In this document: one piece after another, positions 22,165 through 33,670 of the stretch
Layout of the letters: every line of letters begins with the position of its first letter
Position numbering within the stretch: position 1 is the first letter of the stretch
NCBI GenBank assembly: GCA_049999805.1
Contig: JBNGIO010005439.1
Coordinates: 62,001-102,933 of the forward strand
DNA: 40,933 bases
Reading direction: 5' to 3'
DNA from: Folioceros fuciformis
Lineage: Eukaryota
Program-made: the position numbers and the translations under genes
Notes under the pieces: model-generated
Seen by the model: the letters and a program-made list of their open reading frames with translations, nothing else
What the model was told of the DNA's origin: nothing
The model's database searches: none

Positions 22165-25100
22165 ATGGCTGTGGTGTGGATTGCAGCTGAGTCGCACAAA
22201 GTGCAGCAGGATACATTGTGGGGACAATGTTTGTGGACCCAGCCTGGTGGTCGGTTCACAATTCATGTAGGCAGAGCTCCCGCTCGATTGCCTTCAAGAA
22301 ACCCACTATCCGCAGTCAAAGAAGCCGCCAGGTCCTGCACCTTCCTACATGACCCTGCCAGGCTCACATCGGGTCATCATCATGAGCGCTTGTCAGGACG
22401 CCGCCTTTTGTTGCTACAACAGGCAAAACCAGAAGAGCAATGCCTTCCGCCAGAAACAGTATCTGTGCAAGCCTGGGTGGCGCAGCCTGTGGCTCTGGAA
22501 GTGGAGATGGGTCGTGCTCCCTCCGAATCCAACTGGAGCTGGCCGGACGATGCTGGCCCTCACAGGCCTGTAGAATACGAAAGCGGTGTGACGGCTGACG
22601 TGGTGAGCAAGCTATGTCAGAAGGGCCGTCACGCACAGGCTGTAGAGGCACTGGGCATTCTGGTGCAGAGAGATTGTTGCATTTTGCAGTCTATGTTTTA
22701 CGATGTCCTAAAGACATGTGTAGTCAAGAAGGATCTTGTTCGAAGTCGCCGTGTCCACGCCTTCACGGTGAAAATGGGATATCAGTCGGATACGTTCCTG
22801 TGCAATCACATCTTGCGAATGTATGTTTCTCATAGCAGGTTGCTAGAATCGATGGATGTCTTCGCCGCAGTTGCAGAACCAGATATATTTCTCTGGACTT
22901 CCATAATTTCTGCACATGTTAAGCACGGCCAATACAAGCAGGCTATACAACTGTATCACCTGATGCGCAGGTCAAAGACGAAGCCCGATGGCCATGTATT
23001 TGTGGCAGCGATTCAGGCTTGTGCAAGGGGATCGGACTTGACAACGGGAATGGAGCTGCATGCTCATGTGTTGGCCAGTGGCGTTGAGCCTGATTTGTTC
23101 ATAGCTAGTTGCTTGGTTGATATGTATGCCAAGTGTGGCAGCTTGCAGGATGCACAACGAGTGTTTGATGATCTTGGCCAGAAAAATGTGGTGACGTGGA
23201 ATGCCATTATAGCAGGATATTCCCAGCACGGCATGGGGCAGCAAGCCCTTCATCTGTACAGTGCTATGCAAGAGGACGACATGGCTACACCTGATTCTGT
23301 GACATTTAAGTGCCTTCTACAGGCATGTGCAAGTTTAGGCAAAAACTATTTAGAGCGAGGGAAGGAGCTTCATGAACAAATTAAAGAACGAGGCCATGAA
23401 AATGACATGTTTGTAGCCAGCAGTTTGGTGAACATGTATGCAAAGTGTGGCGGCTTGGAAGACGCAAGGAGAGTGTTTGACGGACTTTGTCACAAAGATG
23501 TCGTGGTTTGGAATGCCATGATAGGAGGATATTCCCAGCAGGGCATGGGGCAGGAAGCCCTTCGTCTCTTCAGTGCCATGCAAGAAGTCGGCGCGGCTGT
23601 ACCTAATTCAGTAACGATTTTGTCACTCCTGCAGGCATGTGCAAGTGTAGGGACCTCAGCTTTAGAGAAGGGAAAGCAGCTTCATTTGCAGATTAAAGAA
23701 GATGGAAAGGAGGCCGATGTCCTTCTAGCTAATAGTTTAGTCAACATGTATGCAAAGTGTGGCAGCCTAGAGGATGCGCAAACAGTATTTAATGGACTTG
23801 AGCAAAAGGATGTGGTCACGTGGAATGCCCTGATAGCAGGATACTCCCAGCAGGGCATGAGCGAGGAAGCCCTTCGTCTTCACACTGCTATGCAAGAAGA
23901 AGCAATGACCGTACCCGACTCTGTGACATTTGTTTGCCTCCTGCAAGCCTGTGCAAGTGTGGGTCCCCGGGCGTTGGAGAAAGGGAAGCAGCTCCACACA
24001 CAGATAACAGAAAGAGGACTCCATACTGATGTGCCTACAGCCAACAGTTTGATGAATATGTACGCAAAGTGCGGCTGTTTGGAGTACTCTGAAAGAGTTT
24101 TCGGTATTCTTGCTCAAAAGGATGTTGTGACGTGGAATTCATTGATTGCAGCGTACTCCGATCAAGGCATGTGCCAGAAGGCTCTTTGTCTTTACAGCTC
24201 TATGCAAGAAGATGGAAAGTCTGTGCCCAACTCTGTCACCTTTGTGTGCCTTCTGCAGGCATGTGCAAGACTTGGCACCACAGCACTTGAGCAGGGAAAG
24301 CAGCTTCATTTTGACATCAGAGAACAAGGGTATGAAGCTGAATCAAATGTTGCCAACAGTTTGGTGAACATGTATGCAAAGTGTGGCAGCTTGAAAGACG
24401 CTCAGAGAGTGTTTGATGGACTTCAGCAAAGAGATGTCGTCACATGGACGGCTCTTATTGCTGGATATTCCCAACAAGGCATGGGCCAAGAAGCTCTCGG
24501 TCTTTACAGTGAGATGCAAGGAGAAAACATAATTGTAGCCGATTCTGTGACAATTGTATGCCTCCTGCAGGCATGTACACGTATCGGTACCCCTGCTTTG
24601 GAGACGGGCCGGCAGCTATATGTGCTAAGTAGAGAACGTGGACATCTAACCGATGCATTTGTAGGATCCAGTTTGATAAATATGTTTGCAAAGTGTGGGA
24701 GCCTAAAGGATGCCCAGAAAGTGTTTGACAGACTTGTTCAGAAAGACACGGTGGCATGGAACGCCATAATAGCAGGATATTCCCAGCAGGGTATGGGCCA
24801 AGAAGCCCTTAGCCTTTACAGAGCCATGCAGGAAGAAGGCATGGCTGCACCAGACTCTGTGACATTTGTGTGCATCCTCCAGGCCTGTGCAAGTTTGGGT
24901 GCCCCAGCATTCGAAATGGGGAAGCTGCTCCATAGAACAATTAGAGAACAAGGACTCCAAACTTATGACTTTGTAAGCAGCAGTTTGGTAAGTATGTATG
25001 CAAAGTGTGGCAGCGTGGATGATGCTCAAACAGTGTTTAAAAGACTTCATGAAAAAGATGTAGTGACGTGGAATGCCATGATCGCAGGGTACGCCCAGTA

Positions 25101-26580
25101 TGGGAAAGGCCAGGAAGCCCTGCGTCTTTATAGCACGATGCAAGAAGAGGGCCTCACTGTAGCGAATGCTGTCACGTTTGTGTGCCTCTTGCAGGCATGT
25201 GCAAGTGTCGGCACACCAGCTTTGGAGATCGGGAGGGATGTGCATAGGCAAATTATAGAACGTGGCCACCTAGCTGATGACTTTGTTGCCAGCAGCTTGG
25301 TGCACATGTATTCAAAGTGTGGCAGCTTCAAAGGGGCTCAGAGAGTGTTTGATGGGCTGAGTCACAAGGATGTTGCCACATGGAATGCCATGATAGCAGG
25401 CTGTTCCCAGCATGGCATGGGACAGGAAGCACTTCATCTCTTTCGTATCATGCAAGAAGAAGGCATAGTTGTACCCAATTCCAGTACGTTTGTGTGCCTC
25501 CTGCAGGCATGTGCGTCTGTGGGTGGCTCAGCTTTGGGAACGGGAAGGCTGCTTCATGCTCAGATTAAGGAACTAGGAGTTGACACCGATGTGCTTGTAG
25601 CCAACAGTTTGGTACACATGTATGCCAAGTGTGGTGGTCTACAAGCTGCTCACAGAGCGTTTAATAGATTAGGTCAAAAGGATGTGGTGACCTGGAATAT
25701 TATGATAGCAGGGTATTGCCACGAGGGCATGGTCCAAGAAGCTTTTCTTCTCTACAGCGCTATGCACAAAGACGAAACAGTTGTAGCCGATTCCGTGACA
25801 TATGTGTCCCTCCTACAGGCATGTGCAAATATGGCAGCCTTGCATGTGGGAAGGCAGCTGCATGCACAGCTCGAAGAAGAAGGGCTTCAGGTTGACACAT
25901 TTGTTGCCGGCAGTTTGATAAACATGTATGGGAGGTCAGGGAGCATGGATGATGCACAGCAGGTCTTTGATGCATTGCCCGAAAAAGACATTGTTGTTTG
26001 GAGTGCACTGATTGCGGGCTACACCTGTCGAGGAGACAGTGAATCGGTTTTTCATTTGTTCCAGAGAATGCAAGAGGATGGCATACAGCCAGATGGCATC
26101 TCATTCCTCAGCGTATTAACCGCATGTAGCCATGCGGGTCTACTGAACAAGGGGATACTGTACTTTGAAGCCATGAGTAGGCAATACGACATCACTCCCA
26201 CAGTCGAGCACTACAGCTGCATGGTGGATCTCCTGGGCCGCGCAGGCCAACTGGGTGCAGCACTAGCTATGGTAAGGATCATGCCTTTGCAGCCTAACTC
26301 TGCAGTTTGGCACACTTTGTTGGGTGCTTGTCGAAAGTGGAGCAATGTGGCGGTGGGGTGCATTGCTTTGAATGAAGCTGTGAATCTAGACAACACAGAT
26401 GCGGCAGCGTATGTGTTAATGTCAAACATATATACAACGGCCCGGATGTGGGAGCAGGCGCAGGAGATGCAGGCCAAGAGAAAAAAAATTAGTGCGTACA
26501 AGCAGCCAGGTCAATGCTGGTGGACTGACATGGACGGACAAGTGCACAACTTCTTGGTAGGGGTGAAGTCTTACGATTGA
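22165..26580 (+). CDS. PLS-class PPR protein 4 (E+ type, 8 P-LL-S units, no DYW)
   Basis: 1471-aa ORF; ends KQPGQCWWTDMDGQVHNFLVGVKSYD*. Confidence 0.95.
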   Translation: MAVVWIAAESHKVQQDTLWGQCLWTQPGGRFTIHVGRAPARLPSRNPLSAVKEAARSCTFLHDPARLTSGHHHERLSGRRLLLLQQAKPEEQCLPPETVSVQAWVAQPVALEVEMGRAPSESNWSWPDDAGPHRPVEYESGVTADVVSKLCQKGRHAQAVEALGILVQRDCCILQSMFYDVLKTCVVKKDLVRSRRVHAFTVKMGYQSDTFLCNHILRMYVSHSRLLESMDVFAAVAEPDIFLWTSIISAHVKHGQYKQAIQLYHLMRRSKTKPDGHVFVAAIQACARGSDLTTGMELHAHVLASGVEPDLFIASCLVDMYAKCGSLQDAQRVFDDLGQKNVVTWNAIIAGYSQHGMGQQALHLYSAMQEDDMATPDSVTFKCLLQACASLGKNYLERGKELHEQIKERGHENDMFVASSLVNMYAKCGGLEDARRVFDGLCHKDVVVWNAMIGGYSQQGMGQEALRLFSAMQEVGAAVPNSVTILSLLQACASVGTSALEKGKQLHLQIKEDGKEADVLLANSLVNMYAKCGSLEDAQTVFNGLEQKDVVTWNALIAGYSQQGMSEEALRLHTAMQEEAMTVPDSVTFVCLLQACASVGPRALEKGKQLHTQITERGLHTDVPTANSLMNMYAKCGCLEYSERVFGILAQKDVVTWNSLIAAYSDQGMCQKALCLYSSMQEDGKSVPNSVTFVCLLQACARLGTTALEQGKQLHFDIREQGYEAESNVANSLVNMYAKCGSLKDAQRVFDGLQQRDVVTWTALIAGYSQQGMGQEALGLYSEMQGENIIVADSVTIVCLLQACTRIGTPALETGRQLYVLSRERGHLTDAFVGSSLINMFAKCGSLKDAQKVFDRLVQKDTVAWNAIIAGYSQQGMGQEALSLYRAMQEEGMAAPDSVTFVCILQACASLGAPAFEMGKLLHRTIREQGLQTYDFVSSSLVSMYAKCGSVDDAQTVFKRLHEKDVVTWNAMIAGYAQYGKGQEALRLYSTMQEEGLTVANAVTFVCLLQACASVGTPALEIGRDVHRQIIERGHLADDFVASSLVHMYSKCGSFKGAQRVFDGLSHKDVATWNAMIAGCSQHGMGQEALHLFRIMQEEGIVVPNSSTFVCLLQACASVGGSALGTGRLLHAQIKELGVDTDVLVANSLVHMYAKCGGLQAAHRAFNRLGQKDVVTWNIMIAGYCHEGMVQEAFLLYSAMHKDETVVADSVTYVSLLQACANMAALHVGRQLHAQLEEEGLQVDTFVAGSLINMYGRSGSMDDAQQVFDALPEKDIVVWSALIAGYTCRGDSESVFHLFQRMQEDGIQPDGISFLSVLTACSHAGLLNKGILYFEAMSRQYDITPTVEHYSCMVDLLGRAGQLGAALAMVRIMPLQPNSAVWHTLLGACRKWSNVAVGCIALNEAVNLDNTDAAAYVLMSNIYTTARMWEQAQEMQAKRKKISAYKQPGQCWWTDMDGQVHNFLVGVKSYD

Positions 26581-27028
26581 AGCTAGACTGAAAACAATGA
26601 TGTTAGGATGTAGACTATGATACTTGCCCTTGTTGGTTTCAACTTGGGTGCCTATGTAACCACAGGGGACACGGGAGTCTATCGTGGGCACAGAATTCCT
26701 TGAAGGTCAGAAGCTTTTGTTTTCTAGATCTTTTCTAAACCATAGGTAAATTCCATTGCCACAAAAGTTTGAAACGGGCACCTAATCAATGGAGAGGTTA
26801 ACCTACCTAATGCCTATGTAGCCACATCCTCCACACTAATTGTTGCTCTTCATAGAGTTTATCGTCAGGAATTTGTTTGCTTGTGCATAAATGTATTTTA
26901 TTTATTTATCTTTTTAAAAATAAGATGGAAAAATTCATCTAAAGTTCGTTTGTCTATGGCTATTTTTTCCTAGGCAGAAAGTTTATCTACTCCAAAGACC
27001 CGAACAAGGCTGAAGGGTACTCAGTCCC

Positions 27029-27166
27029 TTTAACCATCATTCTCAAAAACTGAACATCATTATAAGAAACCACCTTTAAACATCATTCTCAAAGACTCAA
27101 CATCATTATAAAAAACTACGTTTAAACATCATTCTCAAAAGCTAAACATCATTATAAAAAACTACC
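27029..27166. repeat. Three tandem 46-bp repeats
   Basis: The unit tttaa(a/c)catcattctcaaaNNctNaacatcattataaNaaacNacN starts at 27029, 27075 and 27121. Confidence 0.9.
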
Positions 27167-27719
27167 TAAAACCTGACCCAGTGTTTGTGGTATAGGTAGG
27201 AGAATGCCCTTTGAAAATTAAAATTTTTATTTTCTATTTGTTAAGTTATTTTCAAATTTACTTGCAACTAAAATAAGGAGCATGATTTTTATTTTATTTT
27301 TATGCTTGTTGCTTTGCCAATGGTAGAATTTTAGGTTTTATGTACTTATAATTCACCTACAAACTCCTTACAATCTACCTACAAACTTCTAAATACATTT
27401 TGAATTTAGAGAGTATGGGCCATCTTTGATAACCAAAGCTCCACCCATCATTTCTATAAAGGAAGGTAAACTTAAACTCCAATACATTGGATTTCTTTCA
27501 ATATTTATAATAGAATGTTATTTTAAAATGATACAAAAATTATTGAGATAAAATAATAATTAATTATTAAAGAAATAATTACAAAGAGGTTTAGAGTAAA
27601 GTGTTTATTTAGATCACATCACAATAAACCCTAATGAGTTCTCCTCTTGGGTTGTTTTCAAGAGGAAAAAATAAGTTTGTATCGAGTTTGTATCTTTTTG
27701 TGTCTCTCATGTAGTTGTT

Positions 27720-27905
27720 ACAAATCCCACAATTTTATCGCTCACAAATCCCGCTCACAAATCCCATAATTTTCCCGCTCACAAATCCCATAATTTTCCC
27801 GCTCACAAATCCCACAATTTTATCCCCATATTTGTGACACTCATATAATTGTTACAAATCCCACTAAGGATTCAATTTACGATCAAGAAATTATCACAAA
27901 TCCCA
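27720..27905. repeat. Array of ACAAATCCC motifs (24-bp period core)
   Basis: acaaatccc occurs at about 27720, 27744, 27757, 27781, 27805, 27854 and 27896; the core unit is cgctcacaaatcccataattttcc. Confidence 0.85.
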
Positions 27906-28136
27906 CAAAAAATTCGATTTGCAAAATTTAAAAATTCAATTGACAAACACACAATCAAAAGTTTAAAGTACAAAGTTTAAGAATTCGACTTCCAAACACG
28001 TAATCATCGCAAGGATTTGACCCTCAGAAGGGATAGAAAGTTTTGTAAAGGCCAAAGTTCATAAATATTTTCTCTTTTATATATTTTCCACTAACTCCAT
28101 TTTGATGTAATCTGCGTATATTTATATTATATTCGA

Positions 28137-28540
28137 CTAGCTCCAGTTTGATGTGGAGCTGTGTTGACCCATCTCTGCGTCCCGAGTCCCGAGCAGTACG
28201 CTGGCCATAACCATGCGCCCAAGTTGGCTTGCAGAGGAAGCTTCTAGCAACAAACTCGATGCAATGTGCTCCATCACACCCTTTGAGACGACAACCATCT
28301 GGTTCCTAGTTTGGATGCTGCAGCTGGCGCCATCGTTGTGTCCCATGACTTGTCTCCTCCGAGGCACGCAAACAGGAGCGCCTCAGAACCCCGTTTTGCC
28401 CTTTGGCTCTAGGGAACACGCCCTGACAAACAGGACGCAAAAGGAAAGTGACAAGGATCAACCCGGAGATCGACGACACGACCATAACAGTCTCCATGAC
28501 TTGGGTCTTCACCATACCATCCAGTATTGCACTCAATACA
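28137..28540 (-). pseudogene. Orphan 5' leader of a lost PPR paralogue
   Basis: gcagagatgggtcaacacagctccacatcaaactggagctag (AEMGQHSSTSNWS*) matches PPR4 gtggagatgggtcgtgctccctccgaatccaactggagctgg (VEMGRAPSESNWSW) and PPR6 TEMAGGPSKSNWS. Confidence 0.6.
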
Positions 28541-28699
28541 GCCAGCCAAGCTCAGAAGCAGACAAGTGACGGTAGTGCGGTGATGGTATTTCGGTTCTCC
28601 ATTTCCAAATTGATCGTGAGTGAGTGAGTTAGCAAGTCAAAGACTCGGATTCCCCTAATCCTTGCAAGACACCCCTGTGATATCAAACTTCGTGACTCT

Positions 28700-31600
28700 T
28701 CACAGGGACATCTTATTCCCAACCAGAAACGTGTGCACGACCCCGTCCATGTCTGTCCACCAGCTTTCACCTGGCACCTTCCATGCCCCCATTCGTACTC
28801 TCCTTACCTGCATCTCCTTCGCCTGCTCCCACATCTGGCCACTGGTGTATATATTCGACATCAGCACATACGCTGCAGCATCTTTCGTGTCCAGCTTCAC
28901 AGCTTCACGGAAAGCATGACAGCCCATCTCTACGTTGCTCCACTTCTGACAAGAACCCAGCAGAGTGTGCCAAACTGCAGCATTAGGTTGCACAGGCATT
29001 GTCTTCACCAAACCTAGTGCTTCATCCAGTCGACCCGCACGGCCCAGCATATCAACCATGCACGTATAGTGCTCCACAGTGGGAGTAATGCCATCATGTG
29101 TACTCATGACCTCGAAGTACTCTTTCCCTTCGTCCACCAAACCCGCATGACTGCACGCTGTTAGTACACTGACGGATGTGATGCCTACCGGCTCTATTCC
29201 ATCCTGTCTCATTCTCTGGACCAATCTAAAAACCATTTCACTGTCTCCTATGCAGGCATAGCCTGCAATCAGTGCACTCCATGCCACAACGTCTCTTCTG
29301 GCCAATCCATCAAACACCTGCTGTGCATAAACCATGCACCCTGACTTTGCATACATGTTTATCAAACTTCCAGCTATGAACAAATCAGCTTCAAGTCCCT
29401 GTTCTGCAAGTCGTGCATGTAGCCGTCTTCCCATGTGTATAGCTGCCACATTTGCACATGCCTGAAGGAGGCAGACAAATGTAACAGAGTCAGCCACGGT
29501 CAAGCCGGATTCTTCCATGGCACTGTGCAGACGAAGGGCTACCTGGCCCATGCCCTGCTGGGAATACCCTGATATCATAGCAGTCCACATTACCGCATCT
29601 TTATTTCCATGACTGTCGAACACTTGTCGAGCATCTTCCAAGCTGCCGCACTTCACATACATGTTTACCAAACTGCTCGCTATAAACGGATCTTTGTCAT
29701 GTCCTTGCTCTCTGATCTGGATATGCAGCTGCCTCCCCTTATCCAAAGCTGAGGGACCCACTATTGCACATGCTTGCAGGAAGCACGAAAATGTTACCAA
29801 ATCAGGAATAACCCTGCCTTCTTGCATTGCAGTGCAGAGACCAAGGGCTTCCTTGCCCATGCCCTTCTGAATATATCCTGCTATCATGGCATTCCACATC
29901 GCTGAGTCATTTTGATCAAGCCCCTCAAACACTCTCTCAGCATCCCCTAGGCTGCCACACTTTGCGTACATATTTACCAAACTGCAGGACAAAATTACAT
30001 CGAGTTGGTGTCCTAGTTCTCCTATTCGTGCATGGAGCTGCCTACCAACCTCCAAAGCTGGGGCGCCAATGCTTGCACATGCCTGCAACAGAGATACAAA
30101 TGTCATGGAGTTGGCCACACTGATGCCTTCTTCTTGCATAACACTGTAGAGATGAAGAGCTTCTTGGCCCATTCCCTGCAGGGAATATCCAGCTATCATT
30201 GCATTCCAAGTCACCACATTTTTTTCATCAATGCCATGAAATACACTTCGGGCATCCTCGAGGCTGCCACACTTTGCGTACATGTTTACCAAACTGTTAG
30301 CTACAAAAGCATTACCTTGCTCTCCTCGTTCCGAGATTTGCACATGAAGTTGCCTCCCTTTCTCCAAGGCTGGGGTTCCTATACTTGCACATGCCTGAAG
30401 GAGGGACACCCAAGTAATGGAATCTGGTAAAGCGATGCCTTCTTCTTTCATCATACTGTACAGATGAAGGGCCTCCTCGCCCATGCCCTCCTGCGAATAT
30501 CCTCTAATCATGATATTCCAGGTCACAACATCCTTTTCAGAAATTCCATCAAACACACTCTGCGCGTTCTCCAGGCTGCTACACTTTGCATACATGTCTA
30601 CCAGACTGCTGGCTACCCGCAAATCACATTCAAGGCCTTGTTCCCTAACTTGAGCATGAAGCTCTTTGCCCATGTCTAATGCTGGGGCCCCCACACTTGC
30701 ACATGCTTGGAGGAGGCAGACAAGTGTTATGGAGTTTGGAATAGCCATACCTTCTCCTTGCATGACACTGTAAATATGAAGAGCCTTCTGGCCCATCCCC
30801 TGCTGAGCATACCCAGCAATTAAAGCAGTCCATGTCACAACATCTTTCTGATCAAGGCCATCAAACACTCTTTGAGCGTCTTCCAAGCTGTCACACTTCG
30901 CATACATATTCACCAAACTGCTGGCAACCACCATCTCCTCGTGGTGTCCTTGTTCCCTGATTTGAGTATGAAGTTGCCTCCCCTTGTCCAATGCCGCATT
31001 GCCCACACAGGCACATGCCTGCAAGAGGCACACAAATGTCAGTGTATTTGGCACAGCCATGCCTTCTTCTTGCATCTCGTCGTAGAGCTGCAGTGCTTTC
31101 TGGCCCATGCCCCCCTGGGAGTACCCCGCGATTAGGCTAGTCCAAGTTACCACATCTTTCCGAGGGAGATCGTCAAACACTCTCTGAGCATCTTCCAAGC
31201 TGCCACACTTGGCATACATGTTTACCAAGCTGCTGGCTATAAATACCTCATTTTCATATCCTCCTCCTTTTATCTGTGAATGGAGCTGCTTCCCCGTTTC
31301 ATAGGCCAAGTTGCCAATCGTTGCACACGCTTGCAGGAGGCACACCAGTGTCACGCAATCGGGTACAGCAATACAGTCCTGTAGCATTGCACTGTACAGA
31401 CGGAGGGCTTCCTGCCCCAAGCCCTGCTGGGAACATCCTGCTATCATGGCATTCCATGTCACCACGTCTTTTCGACCAAGACTATGAAACACTGTTTGAG
31501 CTTCTTCCAAGCTACCGCACTTTGCGTACATATTTACTAAACTGTTAGCTATACGTACATCAGTTTGATATCCTCGTTCCAAAATTTGGGCATGAAGATG

Positions 31601-33121
31601 CTTCCCTTCCCCCAATGCTGGCATGCCCATACTTGCACAAGCCTGGAGGAGGCACGCAAACGTCACAGAATCGGGTACAGCCATGCGTTGCTCTTGCATA
31701 ATCCTGTACAAGTGAAATGCTTGCTGCCCCATGCCCTGCTGGGAATACCCTACAATCAAAGCAGTCCATGTTACCACATCTTTTTGACAGAGACCATCGA
31801 ACACTATCTGAGCATCTTCCAAGCTGCCACACTTGACATACATGTTCACCAGACTATTGGCTACGCACACATCATTGTGATGCCCATGCTCTCTTGTGTG
31901 TGCATGAAGCTGCTTCCCCGTGTTCAACGCGGTGTTACCTAGAGCAGCACATGCTTGAAGGAGGCACACAAATGTCACAGAATTGGGAGCAACAAGACCT
32001 TCATGTTGCATAATCCTGTAGAAATGAAGGGCTTCCTGTCCCAAGCCCTGCTGAGAATACCCAGCTATCAAGGCATTCCACGTAACAACATCCTTTTCGA
32101 GCAGCCCATTGAACACACTCTGGGCTTTCTCCAAGCTGCCACACTTTGCATACATGTCCACCAAACCACTGCATACGAACAAGTCAGGCTTCACGCCACT
32201 GTCCAACACATCAGCGTGCACCTGTAAACCACCTTCCAAATCTGATCCGCGAGCACACGCCTGTAGGGCCGCCACAAATACATGGCCATCTAGCTTCACT
32301 GTTGACCTGCGCATCCGATGATACAGTTGCATGGCTTGCTTGTCACTTCCGTGCTTAACATGCGCAGAGATTATGGACGACCACATAAAGACATCCGGCT
32401 GGTCAACCATGGTGAAAACATCCATGGCCTCCTGCAGGCTCCCATGAGAGGCATACGTTCGCAGAATGTGGTTGCAAAGGAACGTGTCCGACTGGTGCCC
32501 CATTCTCACCGTAATTGCGTGGATTCGGCGACCCAGTACAAGATCTTTCGTGACAGCACACTTCTTGAGCACAATGAACACGAGAGATTTGGAAACACAA
32601 CACCCTGTCTGCACCAGAACTCCCAATGCCTCAACAGCCTGAGTGACAGAGCCCTCATCACACAGCTTGCGCACGGTCTCAGTCGTGACGCAGCTTTGGT
32701 GTCGTGCAGGCCTGCACGTGTCAGGATCACTCTGCAAGCTCCAGAAAGATTTGCGAGCACCACGCCTCATCTCCTCTGCGCGCAGCTCAACAAGCGGCGA
32801 ATTCATCCAAGCTGCCATCAAGTTCGGTGGGATGCCAAGCAAGGACTGCCGCCAACCGTCAGCCTTCGTGTCTTGCAAGTTATCCCACCCGAGCGGGCGG
32901 TGGTGACAGCAATGTTGCCACAAGGCAGGTTGGCGCAAGCGCGGATTCTGGCTGGAAGACCCGTCTCCAGACAGACATCCAGTTTTATCGGCCTTGGGAG
33001 TCTTTGTTGCAGAACAAGTCCTGCACCTCGCAGCTCGGTTGTTGGCCAGCAGTTGGTTCTTGGCGGTCAGGTGGGCGGGAACTCTTGCCAAAATACCAAT
33101 TGACATGCTCCAGACCCACAT
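28700..33121 (-). CDS. PLS-class PPR protein 5 (E+ type, 8 P-LL-S units, no DYW)
   Basis: 1473-aa ORF; ends KVPGESWWTDMDGVVHTFLVGNKMSL*. Confidence 0.95.
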   Translation of the reverse strand: MWVWSMSIGILARVPAHLTAKNQLLANNRAARCRTCSATKTPKADKTGCLSGDGSSSQNPRLRQPALWQHCCHHRPLGWDNLQDTKADGWRQSLLGIPPNLMAAWMNSPLVELRAEEMRRGARKSFWSLQSDPDTCRPARHQSCVTTETVRKLCDEGSVTQAVEALGVLVQTGCCVSKSLVFIVLKKCAVTKDLVLGRRIHAITVRMGHQSDTFLCNHILRTYASHGSLQEAMDVFTMVDQPDVFMWSSIISAHVKHGSDKQAMQLYHRMRRSTVKLDGHVFVAALQACARGSDLEGGLQVHADVLDSGVKPDLFVCSGLVDMYAKCGSLEKAQSVFNGLLEKDVVTWNALIAGYSQQGLGQEALHFYRIMQHEGLVAPNSVTFVCLLQACAALGNTALNTGKQLHAHTREHGHHNDVCVANSLVNMYVKCGSLEDAQIVFDGLCQKDVVTWTALIVGYSQQGMGQQAFHLYRIMQEQRMAVPDSVTFACLLQACASMGMPALGEGKHLHAQILERGYQTDVRIANSLVNMYAKCGSLEEAQTVFHSLGRKDVVTWNAMIAGCSQQGLGQEALRLYSAMLQDCIAVPDCVTLVCLLQACATIGNLAYETGKQLHSQIKGGGYENEVFIASSLVNMYAKCGSLEDAQRVFDDLPRKDVVTWTSLIAGYSQGGMGQKALQLYDEMQEEGMAVPNTLTFVCLLQACACVGNAALDKGRQLHTQIREQGHHEEMVVASSLVNMYAKCDSLEDAQRVFDGLDQKDVVTWTALIAGYAQQGMGQKALHIYSVMQGEGMAIPNSITLVCLLQACASVGAPALDMGKELHAQVREQGLECDLRVASSLVDMYAKCSSLENAQSVFDGISEKDVVTWNIMIRGYSQEGMGEEALHLYSMMKEEGIALPDSITWVSLLQACASIGTPALEKGRQLHVQISERGEQGNAFVANSLVNMYAKCGSLEDARSVFHGIDEKNVVTWNAMIAGYSLQGMGQEALHLYSVMQEEGISVANSMTFVSLLQACASIGAPALEVGRQLHARIGELGHQLDVILSCSLVNMYAKCGSLGDAERVFEGLDQNDSAMWNAMIAGYIQKGMGKEALGLCTAMQEGRVIPDLVTFSCFLQACAIVGPSALDKGRQLHIQIREQGHDKDPFIASSLVNMYVKCGSLEDARQVFDSHGNKDAVMWTAMISGYSQQGMGQVALRLHSAMEESGLTVADSVTFVCLLQACANVAAIHMGRRLHARLAEQGLEADLFIAGSLINMYAKSGCMVYAQQVFDGLARRDVVAWSALIAGYACIGDSEMVFRLVQRMRQDGIEPVGITSVSVLTACSHAGLVDEGKEYFEVMSTHDGITPTVEHYTCMVDMLGRAGRLDEALGLVKTMPVQPNAAVWHTLLGSCQKWSNVEMGCHAFREAVKLDTKDAAAYVLMSNIYTSGQMWEQAKEMQVRRVRMGAWKVPGESWWTDMDGVVHTFLVGNKMSL

Positions 33122-33229
33122 GACCTTGTGCTCCTTGCATGATTCAACACGGCCTACCCAGCATCATAGGTGCTCAGGATTGCTGGAATGGGGCTGGGAT
33201 CAGCATGGAGAAGATAACAGCGGGCGCCA

Positions 33230-33570
33230 AGCGATTGTTGGAGAATCGGAGTATAGCAATGATCCTTGCATATCAGTTGCAATCTCTTCTCCTCGCATTG
33301 AACTACGATGTTGCAATGCCGTCTAACACTTGCCCAGGTGACCATATACAGCAGGCATTATGTTGAAAGTGGTGACCACATATTGTTGGCCAAGTCCTTG
33401 AAACTCTCCTGAAAGTATTCCCCAAGCTGCCACGGTTTGCACACAAATGCATGAACGTAATATCCTCCTTTGATACGAACAGGCAGCTGCTTCCCCTCCA
33501 ATAGGAAGCAGATAGGGATAGGGGAAAGTGTCCCACGGTAGAACATGCATGCTGCAGGGAACGCATGTCC
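33230..33570 (-). pseudogene. Degenerate PPR LL-S-P fragment
   Basis: Minus-strand relics in shifting frames: SLQHACSTVG, LEGKQLPVRIKGG, cgtggcagcttg (RGSL) and FQGLGQQYVVT. Confidence 0.6.
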
Positions 33571-33670
33571 AGTGATCTCTGTCTGTCCAGGGCACCCTTA
33601 GCTATTACCTTACGACCGATTCCCCACGCCACGATCTGGGCCTCACCAAACCACGATTCCAGCCATCCCG

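Larger units (their letters stand above)
26700..28135. mobile_element. AT-rich island, possible non-autonomous transposon remnant
   Basis: Abrupt fall in GC relative to the flanks, no ORF of 60 aa or more, two internal tandem-repeat blocks, and a right edge that truncates a PPR 5' relic. No clear TIR or TSD was found. Confidence 0.4.

Noticed and set aside
27029-27905. Short repeats considered as a CRISPR-like array
   Set aside because: The units are tandem without unique spacers, the context is eukaryotic, and there are no cas genes.
26695-28035. Possible terminal inverted repeats (tgaaggtcaga at about 26701 versus tttgaccctca at about 28015)
   Set aside because: Short and imperfect, with no target-site duplication; could be chance.
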